Assembly (NCBI GenBank): GCA_028534125.1
Contig: CM052816.1
Coordinates: forward strand, 92,382,001 to 92,446,000
Reading direction: 5' to 3'
DNA from: Lama glama
Lineage: Eukaryota
Length of the DNA: 64,000 bases
This document shows, in pieces, positions 1 through 13,047 of the stretch. The position numbers were made by a program, and so were the translations under genes. Within the stretch, counting starts at the first letter, position 1, and every line of letters begins with the position of its first letter. The notes below the pieces were generated by a model. It saw only the letters and a program-made list of their open reading frames with translations. It was not told where the DNA came from and made no database searches.

Positions 1-299
1 TAACCAGAGGCATACATTCATCACTTTTAGTAACATTCATCTCTCTTAATCTCAACAGAATTAAAAATACTTATGGAGGCACTTAAAAATGTAACAAGCT
101 CTGTCCAAATCCAGAATTATTATTAAAAAAAAAGACTGTAAGGATATCATCATAAAAATGATCAGGAATACTGATTAAACCTGCTTGATTCATAAATGTT
201 AGGGAAATAACCTTTTCTTTCCTACCTCGGGTGACTAATTCGCGAACAGTGCTTTTCTTTGCCTTCTTGATGGTAATAACAGCAAAGGGTTAAACAGTC

Positions 300-450
300 C
301 TGACTCTGTTCCAGAGAATGGCTCTAAGCGCTTTATGTATATTAATGCATCAATCTGCTGAATAACGCTAGCAAACAGCTACTGTTAGGATCCTCTTTCT
401 CCCAATGAGGAAATCAAAGCACAGAGAGGGTAAGTGACTTGCCCAAGACC
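300..450 (-). mobile_element. MIR SINE fragment
   Basis: ctctaagcgctttatgtatatta...atgaggaaatcaaagcacagagagggtaagtgacttgcccaaga resembles the reverse complement of the MIR core. Confidence 0.8.
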
Positions 451-648
451 AATAGATCTTTACATTTTTAAGCATCTCGAGAAATGTCCTCGTAACTCGT
501 CAGTGCGTGTGGGTTTCCCCCAACGCTGCCCCTTCGTCCCCGACTCTGAGCACGCGCGCCTCTGCTGCAGTCAGCAACAGTGACGACAACAGCCATTGTT
601 GTTTGCGGACAACTTTTTACCCCAGGTCGTGCAAAGACTGAGTATTTT

Positions 649-950
649 AATTTTTTGGTGAGGGGAAGGTAATTAGGTTTATTTATTTTTGAATTTTTAT
701 TTTATTTTTAAACACCTGTATTGTAGTAAAATTCCTGTAAACCACACATATGTCAGATGTACAATTTGATAAATTTTGATAGATGTCTACACCCATGAAA
801 CCACCACCACAATCAAGATAGCTAACATTTCCATCACTCCCCAAGAGGTGCACATTTCGAAATATTTATTTTTTTAATGGAGGTACTGGAGGTTGAACCC
901 AGGTTCTCATGCCTGCTGAGCACTTACTATCACTGAGCTCTGCCTTCTCC
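649..950 (-). mobile_element. Camelid tRNA-derived SINE (vic-1-like) interrupted by an L1-like insert
   Basis: Tail ggggaaggtaattaggtttattt and body atggaggtactggaggttgaacccagg...cactgagct; imperfect TSD tgcaaagactgagtatttt (630-648) / tgcaaggctgagcatttt (951-968). Confidence 0.85.
692..862 (-). mobile_element. L1MB/MC/ME-like 3' end fragment nested in the SINE
   Basis: tgtacaatttgataaattttgatagatgtctacacccatgaaaccaccaccacaatcaagatagctaacatttccatcactcc resembles the old eutherian L1 3'UTR terminus. Confidence 0.7.
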
Positions 951-1004
951 TGCAAGGCTGAGCATTTTCAAGGGAGGGTTCTTACCCTGGGGCGGCTTCT
1001 GTTA

Positions 1005-1070
1005 ATTTCTCCATTTTACAGGTGGGGAAACTGAAGCTGAAGGCAGCAGATAACTTGTCCAGGGTCGGGC
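1005..1070 (-). mobile_element. MIR fragment
   Basis: ctccattttacaggtggggaaactgaagct...taacttgtccagggtc. Confidence 0.7.
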
Positions 1071-1621
1071 GACAGAGCCCTCCTCTGTGCCCACAGGCCA
1101 ACGGCAGAGCCCGCGTTCTCCCCCCGACCCCCAGTCATCCGTCCTTCTTTCTTTGTGCTTTAAAATTATATATAAAATCACAGTAGTTGTCTCCATACTT
1201 TAAAGATGCTTATGAATTTTTGTGGAAGGGGAGCCACGCTGTGAATTTAAGCCAGATCGGCGCACAATGGGGTGCAGGTCCTCTGGAGCCCCACCGAGCC
1301 CTGCGGTGGTGCTGTTTGGTCTCCTGACTCTTTCCTGCGGCCAAGTCTGAGGTGATGTGTTACTGAGAGGAGTGGTCAATGCAGGAGGGAGATGGAGCGC
1401 GTTGTTGGGGGACGGCAGACAGTCCCTTTGCACATACGTATCTCTGTTATGTGAATGAAGGAGTGACCCACAAGGGGATAGAATTACGCACCAGATCGGC
1501 CTCTCCTTGCAGAATATGATGAGCTGGGCGGGCCTCAGGTCAGCCAGGCTCATCTCCCTTGGGCCCGGCCCAGGCTGGGCCACAGTGGGTAACATCTTAA
1601 CTATCTTCTCTTTCTTTTCCC

Positions 1622-2195
1622 TTTTTTTAAAAAAATTGAAGTATAGTTGATTTACAATGTTGTGTTAGTTTCTGTGCACAGCATAGTGACTCAGTTACAT
1701 GTGTATGTATATATATTCTTTTTCATAGTCTTTATCATTATAGGTTATTACAAGGTATTGAATATAGTTCCCTATGCTATACAGTAGGACCTTGTTGTTA
1801 GTCTATTTTATATATATAGTAGTTTGTATCTACAAATCTCAAATTCCTAATTTATCCTCTGCCTCCTTCCCTTTTGATAACCATAAGTTTTTCTGTGTCT
1901 GTGAGTCTGCTTCTGTTTTGTAAATAAATTCATTTGTGTCATATTCTTTAGATTCCACATGTAAGTGATATCATATGATATTTGTCTTTCTTTATCTGAC
2001 TTACTTCACTTAGTATGATAATCTCTAAGTCCATCCATGTCACTACCAATGACATTATTTCATTCTTTTTTATGGCTGACTAGTATTCCATTGTGTGTGT
2101 ATAAAAAATACTTATAAATAATATATATAAATATACATATATATAAAAGACATCTTTATCCAGTCATCTGTCCATAGATGTTTAGATTGCTTCCG
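1622..2195 (-). mobile_element. L1 3' end (artiodactyl-type, 5'-truncated)
   Basis: ttgaagtatagttgatttacaatgttgtgttagtttct...gacttacttcacttagtatgataatctctaagtccatccatgt...agtattccattgtg. Confidence 0.92.
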
Positions 2196-2372
2196 CTGTC
2201 TGTTTTCAAAGGTCTCTGGCAAATATCATCACTTGCTTTTAAGGTTGCACAGGAAACTTTTCAGTCCTGAATGCTTAAGTGATCCTTACCCTTCTTTACT
2301 CCTGTAACCTTGGGAATCAGCCCTAAGACAGGCCAGGGAAAGCATAAGCTTCAGGTGTTACAAGGACTGGTA

Positions 2373-2794
2373 CAGGTATCCCCCACTTTTCAAAAGTTCA
2401 TTAGGCGCCACTTCAGTTTTATGAAAGACCTACGTTAGTACCTGTTCTGGCTAACTGAAAGAAATCCAAAGAGGGTTTTCAAATTTAGGGGGAAAGGGGA
2501 AAAGCAAAATAGCATTCAGCATTAGTTTCTCAGTGACCCCTTGTAGGGCAGCTCATGTGTAGACCAGGAAGATGGGCCCTGCCAAGCTCCTTCACTGGGA
2601 CCCATACTCAGCATCTCAGCATCAAGCCCCATGGCTTTCAGCTGTGTCTGTGAGCATCTGTGCTTTATCTCGATTTATTTTGTGCATCCTGTTAGCAAGA
2701 TGTGTCTTAAAGTAATTGATTCTTCACTTTACACCATATTGGCTTACGAAAGTTTTCATCAGAATGCTCTGCTTTCGCATAGTGAGGGAAACTG
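2373..2794. mobile_element. Probable TcMar/Tigger-like non-autonomous DNA transposon
   Basis: Begins TA|caggtatcccccactttt and ends atagtgagggaaactg, an imperfect inverted terminus; family not determined. Confidence 0.45.
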
Positions 2795-2795
2795 G

Positions 2796-3305
2796 TGTTG
2801 CTAACAGCCCAACAAGCTATACAGGAGCCAACTAAAGAATGTCACCTGCCATCCAGCTCTACAAGGACTAGGTCATTAACCACTGTGGCCACTGACCTTC
2901 AACACACCCTGAAAGGAGTCCAGGGTGGAGACCAGGAACGAGGCTCTCTGTGCCCTGGGAAGAACTGGCAGAACAGGCCTTCAGATAGCTGGGTATTTTT
3001 AGGAGAAAATTTTGTGAACCCAATCTCTTGCATCTTATCTTCTTAAACCTAGGAAAGCACTAAAATTACTAAAAAACCAAGATGTCTGCTCCTCGTGCCT
3101 AACAGCACCCTTCTACTGAGATGTGTGCTTTGTTGCATATTCCCCTTCACCATAATTATATAAATACTGACCCCACCCCCCACCTCATCAGGACAGTTTC
3201 TCAGAGCCGTCTGGAGGCTGTCTCCCAGTATATAGTCCTCAGTAAGGCACTGGAAGAGTTCAACTCACAGCTTTTACATTATGTGATGTTTGTTTGTTTT
3301 TAGTA
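2796..3305 (+). mobile_element. ERV-like solo LTR
   Basis: Starts TG; ccttcaacacaccctgaaaggagtccagggtggag, a tataaa box near 3158, and tatagtcctcagtaag...aactcacagct are typical of ERV1-class LTRs; 3' end uncertain. Confidence 0.65.
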
Positions 3306-3470
3306 AGTGAGACCTTTGGCTAGTCTGTTACCAGTTACTGTGAATAGCTAACACCCTTGTCAGTGAATGAACCTCACTCCCACCCTAAGACCTGAGCTTT
3401 ACAGAAGAGGGGTTGTCAGAGTATGAAGACAGACACCTCATTTTTAATGAGCGTGTTAAGTCAGTTCTTC

Positions 3471-4066
3471 TGTTACCAAACTCAGGTTCGGCTGCTTGCT
3501 GCTCAAAAGCCAATAATCGAGAGGCATGTGTCTCTGGAAAGGAAAGGTGCTTTATTCAGAAAAGCTGGCAGTCTGGGGAGAAGGTGGACTCATGTCCAGA
3601 GACCAACTCTGAAGATCCTGCTCAGCCATGACGGTTTTTAAAGGGAAAAGGGGGAAACAGTCTCAGTTAATCATTAAGGTGAGGGGTCAGATTCTTTGTC
3701 ATTTTCCCACTGCGTGCAGACGTGCTGGCTCCTGATCTTCCCTTGGATGCTGTGTTGCTCACATGATTCGCCTGCAGTTAGATGCTCTCTTTCCTGTGTG
3801 GTCCACCTGCACCTGCAGGGTCCACCTGCAAATTTACTAGGGGGAACCTAGGGGTAGAGAATCAATCATTCTTCAACTACTTAACTCTTCATTCTTACTT
3901 CTTCTAATCCAGGAAAGGTATCAACAGGTTAGACAAGGCACTGTGTACATTCAGTAAAGCAAAAATCAGGAGTCAGGTTAAATGTTGCCTAGTGAGCTCA
4001 CCTTTACGATTAAGATGTGAGGAAAACAGCTGAACAAACAGAAAACGGGCAAAAGAGCTGCTTACA
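3471..4066 (-). mobile_element. ERV1-class solo LTR with 4-bp TSD
   Basis: TG...CA termini (tgttacc...cttaca) flanked by CTTC at 3467-3470 and 4067-4070; minus-strand AATAAA (tttatt at 3551). Confidence 0.85.
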
Positions 4067-6507
4067 CTTCTTTCCAGTCTTCTCTGGTAGAACTTCCAAA
4101 ATGTGTGGCTACACTATGGTTCAAGAATGGAATGAGTATTCACCTGCCTGTGAGCACCTGAAGATATGATCTATCGAGAGCCTTGAGATGAGTGGAGGAA
4201 AGCCACTGACCTCACTGTGGTTCTGTTTACCGCCCAACTGCGCTGAGACACAGGAATAAGAACCAAGTTGGCCAAGCTCGGAGCCCACCAAACCAGCTGC
4301 GTAATTGCATCAAGAAATTGGAAACACATTACGCACCAGAAATTGCGTCCGGCCACTCATTCATTCGGTTATAGATAGATATATTTTAATTGTCAATTGG
4401 AAGGTAGCTGGAAGTAATTTTTGGAAACTAGTTAAATTTCTCCTTTTCAAAAAGGATGTGTTTTCCCACTTTCTCAGTAGTCATATTCTTCCCAACTTTT
4501 TCATTGCTTTCACGGTGGTATGGAAATCTAGATTCCCATTTTAAAGCTAGAAAACTAAAGCACAAATAGTAATTCAAACTTCCTTTAACCATGTTGGAAA
4601 CTTACCTCCTCTGATTCCTCTTGAAGCAGTTTTAAATATTCTATTAGAATTTGTTTTCCATTCTCATGCTGTGTTTTCTAGATGACTTGATGCTAGATGT
4701 TTACTAGATGCCATGTGTTTACTTTTACTTTTTCCCCTGTGTGTACCGCTGGAACCATTTACTAGCAATTTGATCACTGACTTTGGTTACTGAATTGTGG
4801 GGGAAGGGATCTGCTTTTTATAATTTAGAATTATTTTTTCCCTCATTGCAGCTGTTTGGGGACCTTATAACAAAACACAATAGTAGGAATATTATTTACT
4901 TACACATGGAAAACTGTCAGTATTTCCACCAAGACGATGAAATTTATGTCTGTGACAGCAACCTTTTAAAAACCTTAAAATACTTGTTACCTTTTTAGTT
5001 TTTGAACTGTGTTCTCTTTTGGAAAGGTAACTGCTTCAAGACTAATTTCTTCATGTGATTTTCAGACCAGAAAATATTTTTTAAAACTTGTATTTGGAAG
5101 TTATTGATCTAAAAATTACTCTGCTTGGTAGGAGGCTGCCAGGAAATCTCACTGTAATTTTGGGTAGAGCTGTGCACTGTGGGTGTTAGGGGCTCTTGAG
5201 AAATACTGAAGGAGAATTGGGTATTTTGCTGGGCAAGGATTTTTTTTTTTCCTTCAAAATTTAGGTTAGTTTTAAAAGCAAAATACCTTTCATAAATGAT
5301 TAATCTTTGTTCCTTAAAGGTTCTCTCTCTTCCTTATCTTTCTTAATTTAACTTGGTGATAAAAAAAAAGATTAATCTACAGGAAATAGTCTGTGATTGG
5401 GTAACTGCTTTTCCTCAATTAGCAAGATTAATATGCAGGTTGAGGAGGAGAGAATGTTTGTTTTTAAGTCTGTGAATAGCTTAGTTGAGTAAGTTTCCCA
5501 CATTATGCGACAGGATAGTGGGAAGCTTTGGGTGAATACTGGAGACTGTGGCCAAGTAAGCTTGGGCAAAGGTGGGTGGACTACAATAAAGTCATTTTCA
5601 AAGATTTTTATTTTCCTGGTTCCTGACCTTTGCAGACGATTAGCATATGTTTAAACATCCATTGAAAGAAATGAGGTTCTGAGACTTCATGAAAATCAGC
5701 AAATAATCAGCAACAAAACCCAGGCAGCCTCACGCTGTGTCTCCAGAATCCCAAAGCAGTCAACTGAGTGAAAGGACGCCATTGGGTGGGCAGCCTGGGG
5801 TCGCTGGGGACCCTGGAGAGGCAATCAGATGCCTGATAAAGTGGCCTCAGGGGGTCTGCTACAAGAAAGACCAAATGGTGGTCATGGTAGAATGAGGAAG
5901 TTCTGCAGTCCTTCCTTCATCCACATCCTTTTGCTGCCCATTCTGCCTTGAGAGTGTGAGTCAAGCTAGCCAGTCGGGGAAGCTGGCATTTCATGGAGGA
6001 CCGTGGAGACAGGTGGGGTCAAGTATTCGTAAGGGGAGACCAGAGACTGGGGATCAGCCATGGGTCCTGCTTGCTCCTGCCTCACTCCCCTCCTCCCCAA
6101 GGCAGAGTTCCACATGGGAGGCTGGGGCTACCAGGTCACGACTCCATGGGGGGTGGTTCTCTCAAATCACAAGAGTTGTAACACTTTGTGCAGTTTCGAG
6201 TTGAAAGAATATGGCTTTTAAATGCACTGGCAATAGTACTATTAAATAGTATATCTTAATGTAAAAAAAAATGCACGAGAGAGATAGCCTTATATGACTT
6301 AAAACAGCTTTAAATATGTTTGGATATGTTACCTTATATGTGGTTCAGCATTGGGCATACTCAAAATTATAATTTCCCTTGAATCATATTCTATTTATCA
6401 AAAAAGTCGCTTCATCTATAAGTGTGTCCTTGTAAGGGGCGGGTCGGGGGGAAGGACCATTGAACCACGTCTCCATGAGGGCCTGCTGAGAACACGAGAT
6501 ACCTTTA

Positions 6508-6600
6508 CAGTCACCAGCTGGCCCAGGCTGCCCAGGACTGAAGGGTTTCCCGGGATCCGGGCCTCTCAGGGCTAAAGCCAGGCAAGTCCCAGGCAAACCT
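6508..6600. mobile_element. MER81-like hAT-Blackjack MITE
   Basis: tgcccaggactgaagggtttcccgggatccgggcctctcagggctaaagccaggcaagtcccaggcaaacc matches the recalled MER81 consensus. Confidence 0.7.
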
Positions 6601-8084
6601 TCTGCAGTGCCAAGGCACCGAGCTAGACGTGATGGAAAGTCGGAATCAGATTCAGTGCTTCACGGGCAGCGCCAGCGCCAGGGCTGGCCTTCCTGGGCAG
6701 TGCTTGGGAGGGTGGCCAGTGGGAAGGCACTTTGGGAAAACAGATCCATGACCTCGGGCTCTTAAGCAGCTCTCTGCTAGCGTGTTGGGTGCTTTCTGTG
6801 GCTGTAATCTTTCACTACTGCCCGAACTATTTTTCTAAGTTAGAGATGTTGTTTTTTACCCCCAAAGCTTGACACTAGCACCCCCATCCCCCAAACCCAC
6901 AACATTTAAACATGCCAAGCCACCAGGGAGTATCTTTCCGGCCACTTCTTTTTCCCCACCGCAGGCCCTGGGGTGTATTTGATTTGGCCTCTTCCCTCAG
7001 CACAGGGACAACTTTCCTGTTCGTTCTGTCCCCACCTCCGGGCGTTCCGGCCCGCGTGGGTGTGTGTAACGGGCACGGTAGTGCCAGCGCTGGGGCTGGC
7101 CACAAGTAATGTGTTCTCCGCATGATGGGGCCCTGCGTTAGGAAAACACGCTTGCCCAACGAGCCCGGGCACAAAAGAGGATTGTTTTGAAGGGAAGCCA
7201 CAAATACCCAAGAAGTTTTCTGCCTAACATTTTTGCTTAGCATACCCATTTTTAAAAAACCTGCTCAGTGGTTGTCCTTAAGTCTGCAGTCTGTCATGGT
7301 GATTTTAGGGTATCATTTAAAGAGGTGCTTTTCAACTTAAAACATGGTATTTTCCATTTATCTTACCAATAAAGAGAAGATGGATAGCCTCTTCCCTCCG
7401 ATCCCAGAATTGCAAAAGCAAGGTCAGAAATGCAGTATTAGCAGTTCCCCGACTTACAGAACACGGTACTGATATCCCCAAGGACCTATTTAGAGGCTAG
7501 GCTGGTGCTTCCTTGGCTGAAATTACTACTTGGTTAGGAGAGTTGACGAGCTTCGATGAAGACACGGAACTTGCGTCTTACATCTTTTACAGATCTTGAG
7601 GATGGGGAAAACAGCTTCTATTTGCCTCAGGTCCCTTGCCCAGAACACAGGACATAGCTAACAACCCTTTGATTGGATCTGATTGTTTTGCTGGGAGGCA
7701 GTTTCTAGGACTGATTCTTCAGACACACGTAATGTGTAGTGATTTGGGCAGCCCTGGCCTGGCCGAGGTGTATTCTAGCTCATGTGTCAAGCATTCCTGT
7801 TGATTCGCTGCACAAGAACAGGCAACTTGCCCACATGCATCCTTCCTAAGCATTTGGTAGTTTACTTATAAAGCAGGAGTTTGACACTTTTCTTCTTCTG
7901 TGTCGGAGAGAGGCCGTATGATTGTAGAACTCTGATCTTTTCCAGGAGAAGCTGAGTCCTCACTGTATATACGATGTTCAGCTTTTGATTTTTTCGATCG
8001 GATTATTTCTAGAAATCTGACCACCAGGATGAGTGTTTCTGGTTATACCCAGTTTGGTAGTGGTTACAAGTACCAGTGAGTTCA

Positions 8085-8225
8085 CCGGAGTTCAAGTCCT
8101 GGCTTTGCCACTTCCTCGTGATGTCACCTTGATGAAGTCACTTACCTCCTCTCAGCCTGCTTCCTCCTCTGTAAAGAGCTGGTAAAAAGATGATAGAAAA
8201 CATATTTCATAGGGTGGTAGTGACT
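8085..8225 (+). mobile_element. MIR fragment
   Basis: gagttcaagtcctggctttgccact...accttgatgaagtcacttacctcctctcagcctgcttcctcctctgtaaa. Confidence 0.8.
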
Positions 8226-9339
8226 GTTCGACTAGTTCTTCTGGCTTCTATTATTTCTCTTCATTAGAGTGTGCAGCAAGAGCCACCAGTTGACTAGAAC
8301 TGCAGTATCCCTGTTTTGAACTTGCTTCTGAATCATTGCCTCATAAGGAATTCCTTTGAGTAATCCAGACCTTAAAAATTGGTACCTCTGAGGGAGAGTC
8401 ATTTGCTGGCTTGTTATTTACCTCTGATTTGGACACAGCCCCTTAGTTTGGTAAGCTATACTTTCCTGTAGCATGGCTGGAGTCTAGGCTATGAAACATT
8501 TTCACAAGTAAAATTTCTACATAATGAGGGCCTCACTAGAGTGTATGTTACTGATGGTTTTTATTCCATGGCGTGGGCCCGAAGAACTGCACTGCAGTGA
8601 AGACAAACTTGTCTTTAACGATGGAAGATATCTTTGGGAGGTATCCAAGCTGACCTGTCACAGACAACTTCATGTCCAGTCATGTGGTGGGATTACCGTG
8701 GCTCCTTTTCCTAACTGGCATAGAGCAGATGACAGTGCTTGAAGTAGGGTGTTGCAGGCACAGCCTGGAAATAAAGGGACATGTTTCACAGTTGGTCTGT
8801 AGTCACGTGCTCTATCCCACACTAGAGTCGGTGCCCGCGTGGTGGGATCAGAGGTGCGCCAAATACTCCCCTTTATCCAAACAAACATGGCTCCTGTGTC
8901 TCTCTGGAGATGCTGGAAACTCTCAGAAGTCAAATTACCATTTCAGATTATGGCATTGTCCCCTGTTATAATATATGTTGAAATGAACAGAGAATCAGAG
9001 AAGGAGAACCTTGATGGAATGTGTTCACTTGCTGAGTGATCAATTTTCAGTTAGCAGGATCCCAAGGAAAATAGGATTTAGGACAGAGCAGAGAGACAAC
9101 AAAGGGAGAGGGTGTATGGAATGTGCCCAGACATGATCCCTCAGTTAGGAGCCTCAGAAAGCCAAAGGAATGGTGAGTTCCCCACTTAAATGAGAAAGTG
9201 GGGTGTGCCCTGAAAGGATGCTCTGGGGATCCTTTGTTGACAACCAGCCTTCTCGGCTGAGCCTGGACTGACCCTATGCAACACCAAGGTGAATAATCCC
9301 AAAGGTACGTGTGCAATGTTTGTGCATTTATATTTCAAA

Positions 9340-9572
9340 GGCAGTATATTCTAGTGGTTGAGAATACCAGCTCTAGGACTTGACTGCAGCTTGTACTCCA
9401 GTTCTTCACCTTAACTTGGATGGATACCTTAGGTAAATTATTGAACTCTTTGTGCTTCACTTTCCTGGTCTGAAAAAAATACCTGCCTGGATCATAGGAC
9501 AGTGGAGAGGATTAAAAGCGCCAGTACATGGAAAACACTTAGATGTTTGATGCATGGTAAAAGTGTTAGCTG
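9340..9572 (+). mobile_element. MIR, near full length
   Basis: ctagtggttgagaataccagctctagg...accttaggtaaattattgaactctttgtgcttcactttcc...gaggattaaaa...aacacttaga. Confidence 0.8.
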
Positions 9573-9699
9573 ACATTCTTACTCAAGTACGTTACAGTCA
9601 TGCCTGCAGGAAAGAGAAAACCATGGGTTAAGGTCTGTTAACTCCTTGAGCAAAGAATGCTGACATCTCAGTCACTTGGCAGATTCGAAGTTTCTTTCT

Positions 9700-10070
9700 T
9701 GTTGGTGCCACAGCTCTTGTCCATGAGGTGACTGTGCTCCATGCAGACATCGGGAATCTAGGTCCCCAGTATGTAATAGTTCTGCCATATTCTAGGGCCT
9801 CTGAGTTCACTGATTTCAGCATCCAACTGACAGGTGAGGACAGAGGTTTGTTCGCTCAGGAATTCTTAGGGACCAGACCTGCTCCCACATCCTCACATTT
9901 CATTGGCTTCATTACTTCTCCCACATCTTAATGACTGGATTTCACATCACTTCTTCCATATTTCATTGGCCAAAACAGGTCACATGGTCCCACCTACCTG
10001 CAGAGAAAACTGGGAAATATAGTTTAGCTATGTGCCCAGGAAGCGGAGAACATGGATGTTGGTTGGAACA
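9700..10070 (-). mobile_element. Old MaLR LTR (MLT1J/K/L-like) fragment
   Basis: cacatcacttcttccatatttcattggccaaaacaggtcacatggtcccacctacctgcagagaaaactgggaaatatagtttagct; left boundary approximate. Confidence 0.7.
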
Positions 10071-10834
10071 TGAATAAATCCAATAGCAAATTGATGATTT
10101 TGACTTTGGTTTATGGTTCTACAATGCAGCATAAGCATTTTTCAGTTCAATTTTAAGAGTTAATGAGAAAATCTACTCCCTTGTTTGACATACAACACTC
10201 AAAAGCTAATGTTTGTGCAGAGCTTCAGATGCATTATCGTTTCTGAGTAAAATAATAATGAAAGCTAACATGTTTACTTTATATGTTTATTTTCTCTTAT
10301 TTAGTAAGATGAAATTAATTTATTCAGTCTCCACCAGAGCCCTTATGAGGTAGGTACCAGAGTTGTCTGCATTTGATGGATGAAGAAACTGAATTAACAG
10401 AGACGCTGTTAATCCAAATTGGAAAAAAAAAAAAAGAATTGATGAAGAGTCACAGGATTAAGAGAGTAACAAAATTTGGTAGAGAGCAAATTTAAAGTTG
10501 TCAACTCTTTTCTTCTCAGGAGACCAAATCTAGACACACAGCAGAAGTGACTTAATCCCGTATGGGGTGCTCACTTCGCCTGATACGGCACTCATTAATT
10601 TGTCATGAGCTGAACCGTCAAGAAAACCTGATACACATGTGCATGGAAAAACACACATCGGTGTGTACTTTATCCTTTGGTTTATTTTAGTTTATTTGCT
10701 TAGCTAAACATGCTGTGTTTATTATCAGGTTAACCATGCGTACATTGCATTAGTCTGGAAAAGTGGTCTTAACCTAGTATCTGTTTAGCTATTGCTTGAA
10801 AAATCAGTTCCCTTAATTGTAGCAGATCTTACTA

Positions 10835-10979
10835 TTTTATTTTTTTATATATAGTTTTTTTGGTGAGGGGAGGTAATTAGGCATAGTTATTTATTTTTAG
10901 AGGAGGTGCCAGGGGTTTAGCCCAGGACCTCGGGCATGCTAAGCATGTGCTCTGCCGCTTGAGCTATACCCTCTCCCCT
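10835..10979 (-). mobile_element. Camelid tRNA-derived SINE
   Basis: ggggaggtaattagg...cccaggacctcgggcatgctaagcatgtgctctgccgcttgagctataccctctcccc. Confidence 0.92.
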
Positions 10980-12895
10980 CAGATCTCTGTTTTAATCACA
11001 GAGGTTAAAAAAAATCTGTTGTCACTGGTATGTGTGCTTTAATCTCTTGAGTACAGCCTCATAAAGGAAAAACAAAGAGCACAATTCTGTGAGCCCCCAT
11101 GGACGGACAGTGTAAAGACTGATCTTTGAATCAGGCACTTATTTTAAGAGATTCTGAATGATCAGTTAAAATGAGCCAGGGCACGGTCATCTTTATCAGT
11201 TCCATAGACTTCAAGTCCCTCTATGGAACTAAGATGCGCTTGTAAAGCGCTGAAAACGCTGAGGGTTAAACAGATGTCAGATGGAAGCAGCAGATGTGTG
11301 ACAGTATAGAGGGTCTGGGTAGGCCACGGAGTAGCCGAGGAATTAGAACGTCTTTGTGCCCGAGTACCGACTTGAGCGCTTCTGGCTGAGCCTCAAGACA
11401 GTTGGGCGTGTGTCCAGTTGTTTGTGGCCTCATCAGCCTTTTGAAAAGTCTCAGTATGGCGGCCGAAGAAGGAAAGCTCCTGCTCCTGAATATTTGGCTT
11501 TATGGCCATGGGTTTTGTTTCTTTTCCATGCTGCCATGTTGGTTTTTAGAGAAATACGAGGAGAGATTGGGCTAACCATCCAAGCTGTCCATTACTAACA
11601 GGTGACTGCTGTGTGCTTCTCACCTCTAGATCTCAGAGTATGTTCCACTGAGTAAAGTGATCATTTTCCTTCTCATTTGTGTTCTTCAAAGCAATTTTTA
11701 CTGAGGCGAGAAAGTGACGTGCTCCCCTTGTTAGGGGGTGTGTAACCAGAGCCCGGGGCCACTGAGGGGAGCTCTGACAGGCCAGGCTCGAGGCAGGGGC
11801 CAGGCAGAAAGTGGATGTACCCAGGGCTGACTTCCTGGGCTGTGACACTGGAAATTTCATAGGGACTTAGGACTTGGGACCTCATTCTTGAGAGCTGAGG
11901 ACCCTCCTCTCACATCTGGAACCAGAGGTGTCAGCTGTCACACGTAGCAGTTTGTTAAACCATCTCACAAACTGCAAGATTTCACATTGTATTTATCAGC
12001 TGGGTGGTTTGGAAACAATTGCCTGTTTTGATTATGAGAACCTGACATGGTTATTCTCATTCTGTGGCTTACACTGAGGGTACTGTGGGTTCTTGTGTTA
12101 TATCAGGGCGGTGTTCTAGAGTTCATGACTGTGGACGTGCATTTCATTCTTTTTCTCATTCAAGTGCGGCTCAATTCAAACATTAAGAAAGAAGCCACGT
12201 TTCTCTGTGCTCTTGGACAGATCGCTGTCATCATTGCCCTTTGGGCTTCTAGTCCAGTTTGGGTTTTGATTTCTAATCAAGAGTAGGTTGCATGCAGCAG
12301 ACAGACCATTTCGAGGCTAGGTCTGCTCACATCTCATCCCCTTCCCAACCCTCAGGGATCTGGTGGGGAAAATCCACTTTCCCTCACTTTATAATTCTTT
12401 CTACACGTATTTCATCAGAACCTATTTTTTTTCCCTCTTTCAAGGAAGGATGGTCCTGCTCGAGACAGATCACTTCAGCCTTTAAATTTGTGGAGACGAC
12501 GTGTAACAGGACAGTGTTTTTGGTCGGTCAGGGCTGTCTGAGGATCTGCAGACTCTCCGTCAGTATAAGATATTCCTGCTGCCACCTACTTGTTCAGTGG
12601 GTTTCTGTCTGCTGCCTGTTTATCTGGGCAGCGGCACCACAGGAAGAAAGGAAAGTTTAAATGTGGAAATGACTTCTCATGCGTCAGAGGCTGTGAACTT
12701 GAAAGTCATTTGTTAGTTTTGATGCCCAGTTTGCTTGAAAAATATCCACTTTTTCTCTCTCAGTCTCTCAATTATTGAATTATATGTAAGAGGATCACCC
12801 ACTCAGCCTCCACGTGATGGTGGCTTTCTTGCCATATAATGTAAATTGTTCATTTTCACAGCCAGTTGTTCATTTCATACACAGGGTCTCTCTTC

Positions 12896-13047
12896 TTTTT
12901 TTAAATTATTTTTATTATTTTATTTTGGAGGAGAGGTATTAGGTATTTATTTATTTACTTATTTTTAATGGAGGTACTGGGGATTGAATCCAGGACCTCA
13001 TGCTTGCTGGGCAACATGCTATACCACTGAGCTATACCCTCCCCCCC
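12896..13047 (-). mobile_element. Camelid tRNA-derived SINE
   Basis: atggaggtactggggattgaatccaggacctcatgcttgct...taccactgagctataccctccccc. Confidence 0.92.
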
